A stretch of 64,000 nucleotides of DNA, from NCBI GenBank assembly GCA_977020255.1, contig CDROCS010004593.1, positions 62,001-126,000 of the forward strand. The letters run 5' to 3'. Shown here in pieces: positions 14,380 to 26,900 of the stretch (its first letter is position 1; each line of letters opens with the position of its first letter). Source of the stretch: Obrimoposthia wandeli. Its lineage: Eukaryota. A program made the translations under genes and the position numbers. The notes under the pieces were generated by a model. The model had not been told where the DNA came from, did not search any database, and saw nothing but the letters and a program-made list of their open reading frames with translations.

Positions 14380-15700
14380 TAAAAACAGATGAATTCCCAA
14401 AAATTTAAAAATGTCCATTAATAAAGCCATTATTCAAAAGCAAAATATAGAGAAAACAAATCTTTCAGTATTTGGACCGATTATAAACCTCTCGTTTATA
14501 TTTAAAGTTCTTGGAAAATTGATTTTGACAAATTTATAGTTATTTAGAAATCAATTAATTATTCACTATTTACCAATCAGCTTATATAAGTTATCATTCA
14601 ATTGAAACGACATTGCTCGGTGTTAAATATTGTTTAAATGATACTGTTAAATACATATTCAGCATTGGATTCGAGATATTATAAAAAGTTTTAAAAAATA
14701 TAGTAGACAATGAAAAACAAGTGAATTGGATTAAAAGTTATAAACCTAAAAGATATAAACCTATAATTGATTACATAGTTATGTAATTAGAAACTGGAAA
14801 TATCCTGCCGGCAATATAAATATAAATTGTGTTTGTGGAATGTAACTATGTTAAATTTTGTCTACAGTAGTAAAATTTAGAAATTTAAGTCAAAAATGTT
14901 TTGAATAAAATTTCTTAGAAAAGAAATCCGTAGTTGATAAGTTTATAATAAAGAAGATATCATTCAAAACGTAAAGAAGAACCAACAAATATAACTGTAT
15001 CAGATCTGAAATAATTTTTATGTGGTGTGTCTTACAGGTTTATTCTTGTTCCAAACCTATTTTTGTTTAATCAGCAATTAATTATCAGCAGGCTGCATTA
15101 TTTCGATCTAACAATAATAAAAGCTGTATTAAAGAAAACAATATGTTCATACATATCGGTAAAATATTATTCATTTAAAAAGTTAAATAAAGAACATTGA
15201 TTGCTTCCTCAATTAAAATTGAACAATCAATTGTCAAATTAATAAAACGATAAGAACATGCAACAGCCATATCAAAAATATGTATGTACTTACAAAATTC
15301 CTTACTACTGAGATGACTACAATGCGATTATTACACCAAGATTTGATTTTCAAAATTTTTCATATTTTTATATTCCAGCTTATCAATTAAATAACTTGCC
15401 AAAAAATTAATCAAACCCATCAGAATTATATTAAAATTAAAGAAAGGTGTTAGAACAAGTGAACATTTAAGAAAGCTTCATTGGTACCGATCAATGTCAG
15501 AATTGAATTCAAAATCCACTTATTGACAACAAAAATTCTCAAAAAAAAACAAATATTAGAATTAATCTTTCCAGCCTGATGCAGTGAAAATTTATATGTA
15601 TCTTAGAGCAACAATAGTTACTGCAGATTTATTAAGATGTTTTCAAATACAAACAGAGTGCTGGAATATTTGAAATTTTTGCTTTGAATCCTTACCACTA
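14380..15700 (+). mobile_element. Degenerate L2/CR1-group LINE reverse transcriptase ORF2 remnant
   Basis: FGPIINLSFIFKVLGK (NYRPISNLxFxSKxLEK-like, ~14470); YQSAYISYHSIETTLL (~14570); GVSYRFILVPNLF (GVPQGSxLGPxLF-like, ~15025); EHLRKLHW..INVRIEFKI (~15460), a typical L2 C-terminal motif. Confidence 0.75.
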
Positions 15701-16892
15701 TCTATCGATGGATGTAAAAATTGTAACAATGTTGAAAAATACAAGAAACTGATGAAGACTTTAATACTCAGAAAATATTATGAAGAATAATGGAAAACAG
15801 GAAGCGCTTTAGAATAATAAATAATAAATTTATTGGATATCAGCTATATATAAATATTTTATAAATTTAGGTTGTTTTTTAGGTTATTTCAGAAGTAATC
15901 CTTTATTTTATATTATTAAAATGCTCTCATTTCGTTTTAAATTATTGGACAATAACTTTTTTAAATGACCGTTTATTATTATTTTCTCATTTTATCAGAA
16001 AACTGTGAAAAATTGGATATAATTGGGATTATGTCATTATTGGAACTCGACTAAAATTAAACTTTTATATGCAATTTTTTTTTAATTAACTTATTATGCA
16101 AAAAATATAATTAAAATGTAATTTTTCAGTACTTATTTATGTTCATCTAATTAATTTTTTCAATCAGTAAAATGGCTGTTTCTGAGAAAATTAAATTTAG
16201 CACCAAATTCAATTTAACCTCTTATTTTACACTGATTTCAAATAAATCAATTACATTAATTACAAGGTTCTATTTTGGTACCGATACTCTTTATAATTTT
16301 TATAAATGATCTTCCGTAAATATTAAATATTCTGAAAAAATATTGAAAAGAGGTCTCCTTATATACACAAACATCAGACTAACCGTCTTTTATCGTCCAA
16401 TGAGAGCGTCATATATAAATAATTTATTTGAAAATCCATAAGCTTTTCTCAAGCTTTGACTACGTTTGAATGCGAGAATGTCATTGGATAAAAAATTATT
16501 CGAAAATTTTACTTCGAATATTTTGTTGGCTGAGTTCAATGTGCAATGAGCAAATGTGCAAAAATCCAAACAAATTTGATCTCATATCCACATACTAATT
16601 AATTTCACTTATGTATCTCTTTGAAAAAGTTACCTTTCTCCTAGTATTTTGGTATTTTATACTGTTTTTTTAGTTAATTATATACTGTTCTCCTTGAAAC
16701 TATTAAGCCGAAATTCCTGATTAATTTCGGTGCGTTTACTTTTTCACTATTATTAAATAATCGCCTAAATTCACGTTTTATCTTCAGTTGCTGAAATTTC
16801 TTTATTTTTGGTTTTGGACAGTAGGTACTTTGATGGAGTCTAGACCACTGGGGGGGGGGTCCCCCCCCCTTGTGTGCGCACACCAAGTTAAA

Positions 16893-17000
16893 GGGTGTCA
16901 CACCATAAGGGTGTCACACCATAGAAATGTCACACCATAGCGTGTCACACCATAAGGGTATATGTTGCCTCACCATAGGGGTGTCTTGCCACACCATAAG
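16893..17000. repeat. Subterminal ~16-bp repeats with near-palindromic core GGTGTCACACC
   Basis: aagggtgtcacaccat x2, agaaatgtcacaccat, agcgtgtcacaccat and two degenerate copies; mirrored at ~28650-28760. Confidence 0.85.
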
Positions 17001-17020
17001 GGTCTGGCTCAGAAAGGTTA

Positions 17021-17600
17021 TGAAGGTTTGAAGGTATGGTCGTGACGGTCTATGGTCGGCCAACATACCCAAGGGGTTGTGGTCGTCCATAGGTCAAAGG
17101 GTCGGGGTCAGTTTTGACTTGAAGGTTTGAAGGTATGGTCGTGACCGTCTATGGTCGGCCAACATACCCAAGGGGTTGTGGTCGTCCATTGATCAAAGGG
17201 TCGGGGTCAGTTTTGACTTGAAGGTTTGAAGGTATGGTCGTGACCGTCTATGGTCGGCCAACATATCCAAGGGGTTGTGGTCGTCCATAGGTCAAAGGGT
17301 CGGACTCAGTTTTGACTTGAAACTTTGAAGGTATAATTAAGGTCAACTATGGTTGGCCGTCACATCTAAAGGGTCATGGACGTCCATAAATCAAAGGGTC
17401 AAGGTCAGTTTTGACTTGAAACTTTGAAGGTATAATTAAGGTCAACTATGGTTGGCCATCACATCTAAAGGGTCATGGACGTCCATAAATCAAAGGGTCA
17501 AGGTCAGTTTTGACTTGAAACTTTGAAGGTATAATTAAGGTCAACTATGGTTGGCCATCACATCTAAAGGGTTGTGGTCGTCCATAGGTGAAAGGGTCGG
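17021..17600. repeat. 99-bp tandem array, 6 units (3 type A + 3 type B)
   Basis: Unit starts at 17021, 17120, 17219 (tgaaggtttg) and 17318, 17417, 17516 (tgaaactttg). Confidence 0.9.
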
Positions 17601-19514
17601 GCTAAAAAAAACAAAGTCAAGTTTAAAATATCAAGGTTTTTAGTACATGGTTGGAATCATCTTTAGAAGACAAATTCAGTCATAAAGTATGGTCGGTCAT
17701 ATATGAAGGGTTCGGGATATAGACCAAATCAAGTTTTAAATGTCAAAGTTTGAATACATGGTTGGAATCATCTTTAGAAGACGAATTCATCCATATATGT
17801 ATGGTCGTCCATAGATGAAGGGTTAAAGAAAAGTTGGAATTTCATAGTTTCAAGTACATGGTTGTATTCGTCAACATATTACGAGTTTAATCATGTAAAA
17901 TTTTTATGGTCGTTCACAAGTTAAGGGTCAGATTTGGAACAAACATGATAATTTTATTACATGGTTGTATTTGCATATGAAAATTGACTTCAAAGATACC
18001 CTTAAGGTCATGCATACTTTAAGAGGTCCTTGTGAAAAAAAAAATAAATAAAAATAAATAAATAAATAAATAAATAAAAATACTTGTAATTTTCTAAAAT
18101 AAAAATATTTTTAAATTTAAATTTGTGCCAAATTATTTTGTTAGATTTTGGTAAAGATAAACAAATTTTTAATTTAACAAGTTTTTAAGATATTAAAGTA
18201 ACATTATTTAAAATAAATATTAAGGAAAAAGTTAATAAACTCAAATTACTTTACTAATAGTATTATTATTATTATAATTTGATAAATATTTAAATTTATG
18301 CAAATTTTTATCCATTTTATTAATGTAATTAAACAATTCTTTGCGGAAAAATTACTTGTAATTTTATTTTTCTTGAAAATAATAATAATTTAAATTTGCG
18401 CCAATTTAATTTGTTAGATATTAATAAAGTTAAACAAATTTTAATTTAACAAGTTTTTAAATATTAAAGTACCAACACATTTATCAATCAATTACGGTAT
18501 GTGAAAGTTCACTCTTATCAGTTAAGGAATGTATTACGTAATAATACACACACTATTCTATGTGAAAATTTAGTACAAAGTTTTTCCCAGGCTTAGGCAT
18601 CTAAAGAATTATGGTAAAAAAAAATTTTAAATAACTTAAATTTCATGTCATAAGGGTCTTGGAGAAAAATACTTGTAATTTTCTAAAATAAAAATATTTT
18701 TAAAATTTAAATTTGTGCCAAATTTTTTATCGTTTCTTTGATTTAATTAAACAAATTTGATTTTAAACATAATGTTAATTATAAAATAATTAATAATTTG
18801 ATAAAAATTCATCTTACCACAAGTTATTCATTGAATCCATTGATGTATGTCCGTCAGCCTAATAGCATTATTCTATAATCTTACTGTAACTTTAGAAAAA
18901 ATAACAAATTTATTACATTAAAATTTAAAAATTGCGCGTTTTTTTTATTGTTTACAATTAATGTATTTAAACAATGACGAAAATAGTTTCAAACGTAAAA
19001 CAATTCATATTAATTATAACTAATTTATTAAAATAAACAAATTTACAAGTACTATTTGATATTTTTTAAAATATAAATAATTTATTTAAAAAATAATACT
19101 TCAAGTTCAAGTTAAATTTTGATAAAAGTCTGTAAAATGATAAATTCTAACATCTTTTTTAAATTACCGCCATTTTTATATTATCCCTTTTGATGTATTT
19201 AAACAAATGTATATACAAACCTAATTATTATAACTATAAGTTAAATATCTTAAATATTTATTAATTTTAAAATTGCATTATTTTATGATTGTAATTTATT
19301 CCTAAAATAATTTGTAATTTTCAAATTAATACTAGCAACCAATGAATAACATTAATAATATGTTTACATTATATTAATTAATATGTAAATTTTCATGTAT
19401 GTGTTTTCTCTCACATAACTTTCACATGTTATAATGATCAATTAACACTCACATAAATAATTAAAACATCCGTATAACATTCCTTAATTGATTTTTATTT
19501 AAACTGATAAAATT

Positions 19515-19750
19515 AACTTCATGTTATTCAAAGCTTACTGGTTAAAGAAATGTTTATTTATATAATTTGAGTATTAACTTTATTCGATTTTCACTATAAA
19601 TATTCGAAAATATCTTTAACACATTCAAAATAATCATAACTTCATGTTATTCAAAGCTTACTGGTTAAAGAAATGTTTATTTATATAATTTGAGTATTAA
19701 CTTTATTCGATTTACACTATAAATATTCGAAAATATCTTTAACACATTAA
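19515..19750. repeat. ~123-bp tandem duplication inside left arm (mirrored at ~25810-26045)
   Basis: aacttcatgttattcaaagcttactgg starts at 19515 and 19638. Confidence 0.85.
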
Positions 19751-20019
19751 AAAAAAAAAAAAAAATAACTTCAATTTTTTTTAAATTTGTATCGAATATT
19801 GAAAATTCATTTGAAAACACATGTTAATCAAAGCTACTGAAAGCCTTGTCTATAAATTCGAATATCAAATCTTTAATAATATTGTTTTTTATGTAAATAA
19901 ATCAAATTATGTATATATTCGATTATCAACTTAGTATTTATATTTATTATTCGACTTTCTAAAATAATTAAAATGTCTTGTAAAAACACATAAAATTAAT
20001 TATCGATTGTATGAATTAG

Positions 20020-20960
20020 TACAAGTATGAATGCAAATATGAAGGCAAATACTAGTAAGAGCCTTAGCAAGTGAATGTAATTGAAAAAATAAGAGTGTCG
20101 AGAGTTTGATTGAATGCAAGTGTAATTTAGACTATAAGTAAATTAAAATAGAGTTTTCGTTGAATAAATTATAGTTAGATTGAATGCAAGTATGAATGTA
20201 AGTGAATGCTAGTATGAATTTCAATACAAGTAAGTGTCAAGTGCAAGTGAATGTAATTTAAAAATAAGAGTGTCAATAGTTTGATTGAATTCGAGTGTAA
20301 GTTAGACTATAAGTAAATTAAAATAGAGTTTTCGTTGAATAAATTATAGTTAGATTGAATGTAAATGAATGCAAGTATGAATTCAAGTGAATGCAAATAC
20401 AAGCAAGAGTCTTAGCAAGTGAATGTAATTGAAAAAATAAAAATAAGAGTGTCGATAGTTTGATTGAATGCGAGTGTAATTTAGACTATAAGTAAATTAA
20501 AATAGAGTTTTCGTATGAATAAAGTTATGTTAAGTTACAGTAAATTAATAACAAGTAAGCAACTATAAGAAGCAGTGATATTGAAGTATGTAAAAAATTA
20601 GAACGACTAAGTTATGGCAAGATTAATAGAAAACAACACTAAGTTTGACAGTATGAATGAAAATTAGTAAAATATTAATGTATTTGAATGTATTTGAATG
20701 ATAGTTTGAATAAATTACAGTTAGATTGAATGTAAATGAATGCAAGTATGATTGAATGCAGGGTCAAGTACAAGTAAGAAAGAATACGCAATATGCAAGT
20801 ACAAATGTAAATTATGAATGAAAATTAGTAAATATATTAATGAATTTGAATGCTAGTTTAAATATATGAGAGTTAGAATGAATGTAAGTGAATGCAAGTA
20901 TGAATGTAAGTGAATGCAAATATGAATGCAAATACAAGTAAGAATCTTTGCAAGTGAATC
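20020..20960. repeat. Nested minisatellite (gaatgcaagt/gaatgtaagt micro-units within ~180-bp blocks), mirrored at ~24590-25540
   Basis: Repeated gaatgcaagtatgaatg and ttagactataagtaaattaaaatagagttttcg blocks; strongly purine-biased strand. Confidence 0.8.
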
Positions 20961-21599
20961 TTAAACTGCAAGTGAGTACTAGCTAATTATTAAATTAATA
21001 CTATCAATCAATGAAGATGATGTAACAACCTGATGAAGTTATAATAATTAAGATGCGAACTTTCATATTTTCACATAGTTTACCTCCATGTTAAAGTTAA
21101 TCTTTCATACATATTCATGCAATTAAATAATTAAAATGTCTTATCTCGTTTGATAAAATTTCTTAATTGAAATATTTTAAAATAATTAGTTTAATTTAAA
21201 TTCTTTATTTTTAAATAACTTGATTATACAATTATATTCGTAAATATAATTGAAATTATCATTATTCGTTTCTCTTTTTAACTATTCGAAAATATATTTA
21301 AATACAAATTTAGTAAATTAACTCAACAAACAATTTTATTTTTTAATTACTTGATATTTTTGCCATTGTCCGTTTAATATAATATGAATATTCAATTTAT
21401 TTCTTCAAAAATTCATTTTTATATGTTAAATAATATTCTTTATCACATTATTGTGATTTTTATCAAGTGATTTTAACATTAAACTATAAAAATATTTTAA
21501 TTATAAAGTTAGTAGCTGTACCGCGCGTACTGCATATAATATAAATTTCAAATATAAAGTATTATTAAATGTATTCTTTCAAATAGTAAAAGTTCTTTA

Positions 21600-23500
21600 G
21601 ATTTATTTAGTTTTGTTTACTAGACATTCGAAAATTGACTTGTAAACTAAATATATTTTCGCATATATTCACTTTAATATGCTGTAAGTTATTACTTTAA
21701 TATAATTTACAACCTAAACTTCAAGTAATTTACTTAATAATCATAATATTAATGATTTGTACGATAAATTGACTTGTAAACATAAAATATTTACAACAAA
21801 CCTCAAGTAGTTTACTTATTAATGATAATTTAAGGATTTGTACAATAAATTGACTTGTAAACATAATTTATTTTGCATATTCATTTAATATATTGTAAGT
21901 TAATACTGTAATATTTCATTACATAAAAAGTAATTCATAGTTTACTGTCGTTTACAATAAATTGACTTGTAAACATAATTTATTTTGCATATATTTAGTT
22001 TAATACGTTGTAAATTATTACTGTAATATTCCATTACATAAAAAGTAATTGATATTTTACTGTCGTTTACTATAAATTTACTTGTAAACATAATATATTT
22101 ATACATATATTAACTTTAATATGTTGTAACTTATTACTTTAATATAATTTTCAACAAAAACTTCAAGTAGTTTACTTATTAATCATAAGTTTAATGTTTT
22201 GTCAATAAATTGACTTGTAAACATAATATATTTATGCACATATTCACTTTAATATGTTGTAAGTTATTACTTTAATATAATTTTCAACAAAACCTTCAAG
22301 TAGTTTACTTATTAATCATAAGTTTAATGTTTTGTACCATAAACTGACTTGTAAACATAATTTATTTTGGTATATATATTCAGTTTAATATGTTGTAAGT
22401 TATTACTTTAATATTCCATTACATAAAAATTAATTGATATTTTACTGTCGTTTACTATAAATTTACTTGTAAACATAATATATTTATGCATATATTAACT
22501 TTAATATGTTGTAACTTATTACTTTAATATAATTTTCAACAAAAACTTCAAGTAGTTTACTTATTAATCATAAGTTTAATGTTTTGTCAATAAATTGACT
22601 TGTAAACATAATATATTTATGTACATATTCACTTTAATATGTTGTAAGTTATTACTTTAATATAATTTTCAACAAAACCTTCAAGTAGTTTACTTATTAA
22701 TCATAAGTTTAATGTTTTGTACCATAAACTGACTTGTAAACATAATTTATTTTGGTATATATATTCAGTTTAATATGTTGTAAGTTATTACTTTAATATT
22801 CCATTACATAAAAATTAATTGATATTTTACTGTCGTTTACTATAAATTTACTTGTAAACATAATTTATTTTGGCATATTTTCAATTTAATATGTTGTAAG
22901 TTATTACTTTAATATAATTTACAACAAAAACTTCAAGTAATTTACTTGTAAACTACAATATTTATTTGTTGTTGCATATATACAGTTTAAAATGTTGTAA
23001 GTTATTACTGTAATATAATTTACAACAAAAACTTCAAGTAGTTTACTTATTAATCATAAGTTTAATGTTTTGTCAATAAATTGACTTGTAAACCTAATTT
23101 ATTTTTGCATATTTTCAATTTAATATGTGTAAGTTATTACTGTAAAATAATTTACAACAAACATCTTCAAGAACTTTACTTAATAATCATAATTTTAATG
23201 ATTTGATCAATAAATTAACTTGTAAACATAATTTATTTTGTATATATTCATTTAATATATTGTAAGTTAATACTGTAATATTTCATTACATAAAAAAGTA
23301 ATTCATAGTTTACTTTCGTTTACAATAAATTGACTTGTAAACATAATTTATTTTGGCATATTTTCAATTTAATATGTGTAAGTTATTACTTTAATATAAT
23401 TTACAACAAAAACTTCAAGTAATTTACTTGTAAACTACAATATTTTTTTGTTGTTGTTGTTGTTGTTGCATAAGTACAGTTTAAAATGTTGTAAGTTATA
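21600..23500. repeat. Central spacer array of ~85-135-bp subunits with a ~385-bp higher-order repeat
   Basis: Recurrent aaattgacttgtaaacataat and aagttattactttaatat; block at 22081 recurs at 22466. Not part of the inverted arms. Confidence 0.8.
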
Positions 23501-23965
23501 AGAATTTGTGTACTTGTATTCAATGATTAACTTTTATTAAACTTTTATATAACATTTAATGTTTAAAATACTTGAGCAAAGTAAATTAATATCATAAAAG
23601 GATATTAAAATGTATTTTAGTTTAAGATAAAAAATGAGGTTATACGAAGTTAATCTAGTTTAAAACAATTAATATCAAAATTACTTACCAGAATGTCTAA
23701 ACAACAGTAAACTATTATAACCTACAATAAAGAAACTATTGAATTATAATATAACCAATCGTATTCAGTAAGTGATAAATGTACAAATCATTAAAATTAT
23801 GATTAATAGGTAAACTATTCGAAATGTTGTAAAATCAAGAAATAAGTTAAAAATATTCATAGTTGAACAACTCATAACTGAAATTTACATTAGTTTAGTA
23901 TTGTATTATATCAAACATATACCTATACGTTTTAAATAAAGTTACTTTAAAAAAAAAAAAAAAAA

Positions 23966-26900
23966 TTACTATTTGAAAGAATACATTTAATAATACTTTA
24001 TATTTGAAATTTATATTATATGCAGTACGCGCGGTACAGCTACTAACTTTATTATTAAAATATTTTTATAGTTTAATGTTAAAATCACTTGATAAAAATC
24101 ACAATAATGTGATAAAGAATATTATTTAACATATAAAAATGAATTTTTGAAGAAATAAATTGAATATTCATATTATATTAAACGGACAATGGCAAAAATA
24201 TCAAGTAATTAAAAAATAAAATTGTTTGTTGAGTTAATTTACTAAATTTGTATTTAAATATATTTTCGAATAGTTAAAAAGAGAAACGAATAATGATAAT
24301 TTCAATTATATTTACGAATATAATTGTATAATCAAGTTATTTAAAAATAAAGAATTTAAATTAAACTAATTATTTTAAAATATTTCAATTAAGAAATTTT
24401 ATCAAACGAGATAAGACATTTTAATTATTTAATTGCATGAATATGTATGAAAGATTAACTTTAACATGGAGGTAAACTATGTGAAAATATGAAAGTTCGC
24501 ATCTTAATTATTATAACTTCATCAGGTTGTTACATCATCTTCATTGATTGATAGTATTAATTTAATAATTAGCTAGTACTCACTTGCAGTTTAAGATTCA
24601 CTTGCAAAGATTCTTACTTGTATTTGCATTCATATTTGCATTCACTTACATTCATACTTGCATTCACTTACATTCATTCTAACTCTCATATATTTAAACT
24701 AGCATTCAAATTCATTAATATATTTACTAATTTTCATTCATAATTTACATTTGTACTTGCATATTGCGTATTCTTTCTTACTTGTACTTGACCCTGCATT
24801 CAATCATACTTGCATTCATTTACATTCAATCTAACTGTAATTTATTCAAACTATCATTCAAATACATTCAAATACATTAATATTTTACTAATTTTCATTC
24901 ATACTGTCAAACTTAGTGTTGTTTTCTATTAATCTTGCCATAACTTAGTCGTTCTAATTTTTAACATACTTCAATATCACTGCTTCTTATAGTTGCTTAC
25001 TTGTTATTAATTTACTGTAACTTAACATAACTTTATTCATACGAAAACTCTATTTTAATTTACTTATAGTCTAAATTACACTCGCATTCAATCAAACTAT
25101 CGACACTCTTATTTTTATTTTTTCAATTACATTCACTTGCTAAGACTCTTGCTTGTATTTGCATTCACTTGAATTCATACTTGCATTCATTTACATTCAA
25201 TCTAACTATAATTTATTCAACGAAAACTCTATTTTAATTTACTTATAGTCTAACTTACACTCGAATTCAATCAAACTATTGACACTCTTATTTTTAAATT
25301 ACATTCACTTGCACTTGACACTTACTTGTATTGAAATTCATACTAGCATTCACTTACATTCATACTTGCATTCAATCTAACTATAATTTATTCAACGAAA
25401 ACTCTATTTTAATTTACTTATAGTCTAAATTACACTTGCATTCAATCAAACTCTCGACACTCTTATTTTTTCAATTACATTCACTTGCTAAGGCTCTTAC
25501 TAGTATTTGCCTTCATATTTACATTCATACTTGTACTAATTCATACAATCGATAATTAATTTTATGTGTTTTTACAAGACATTTTAATTATTTTAGAAAG
25601 TCGAATAATAAATATAAATACTAAGTTGATAATCGAATATATACATAATTTGATTTATTTACATAAAAAACAATATTATTAAAGATTTGATATTCGAATT
25701 TATAGACAAGGCTTTCAGTAGCTTTGATTAACATGTGTTTTCAAATGAATTTTCAATATTCGATACAAATTTTAAAAAAAAAATTGAAGTTATTTTTTTT
25801 TTTTTTTTAATGTGTTAAAGATATTTTCGAATATTTATAGTGTAAATCGAATAAAGTTAATACTCAAATTATATAAATAAACATTTCTTTAACCAGTAAG
25901 CTTTGAATAACATGAAGTTATGATTATTTTGAATGTGTTAAAGATATTTTCGAATATTTATAGTGAAAATCGAATAAAGTTAATACTCAAATTATATAAA
26001 TAAACATTTCTTTAACCAGTAAGCTTTGAATAACATGAAGTTAATTTTATCAGTTTAAATAAAAATCAATTAAGGAATGTTATACGGATGTTTTAATTAT
26101 TTATGTGAGTGTTAATTGATCATTATAACATGTGAAAGTTATGTGAGAGAAAACACATACATGAAAATTTACATATTAATTAATATAATGTAAACATATT
26201 ATTAATGTTATTCATTGGTTGCTAGTATTAATTTGAAAATTACAAATTATTTTAGGAATAAATTACAATCATAAAATAATGCAATTTTAAAATTAATAAA
26301 TATTTAAGATATTTAACTTATAGTTATAATAATTAGGTTTGTATATACATTTGTTTAAATACATCAAAAGGGATAATATAAAAATGGCGGTAATTTAAAA
26401 AAGATGTTAGAATTTATCATTTTACAGACTTTTATCAAAATTTAACTTGAACTTGAAGTATTATTTTTAAATAAATTATTTATATTTTAAAAATATCAAA
26501 TAGTACTTGTAAATTTGTTTATTTTAATAAATTAGTTATAATTAATATGAATTGTTTTACGTTTGAAACTATTTTCGTCATTGTTTAAATACATTAATTG
26601 TAAACAATAAAAAAAACGCGCAATTTTTAAATTTTAATGTAATAAATTTGTTATTTTTTCTAAAGTTACAGTAAGATTATAGAATAATGCTATTAGGCTG
26701 ACGGACATACATCAATGGATTCAATGAATAACTTGTGGTAAGATGAATTTTTATCAAATTATTAATTATTTTATAATTAACATTATGTTTAAAATCAAAT
26801 TTGTTTAATTAAATCAAAGAAACGATAAAAAATTTGGCACAAATTTAAATTTTAAAATATTTTTATTTTAGAAAATTACAAGTATTTTTCTCCAAGACCC

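Larger units (their letters stand above)
16820..21589 (+). repeat. Left inverted arm (~4.77 kb)
   Basis: Matches reverse complement of 23966-28828 at every point checked (e.g. gtaccgcgcgtactgc near 21520 vs gcagtacgcgcggtac near 24022). Confidence 0.95.

Noticed and set aside
17021-17600. 99-bp, 46-bp and 42-bp arrays as CRISPR-like loci
   Set aside because: Units are contiguous tandem copies without unique spacers; no cas genes; eukaryotic context.
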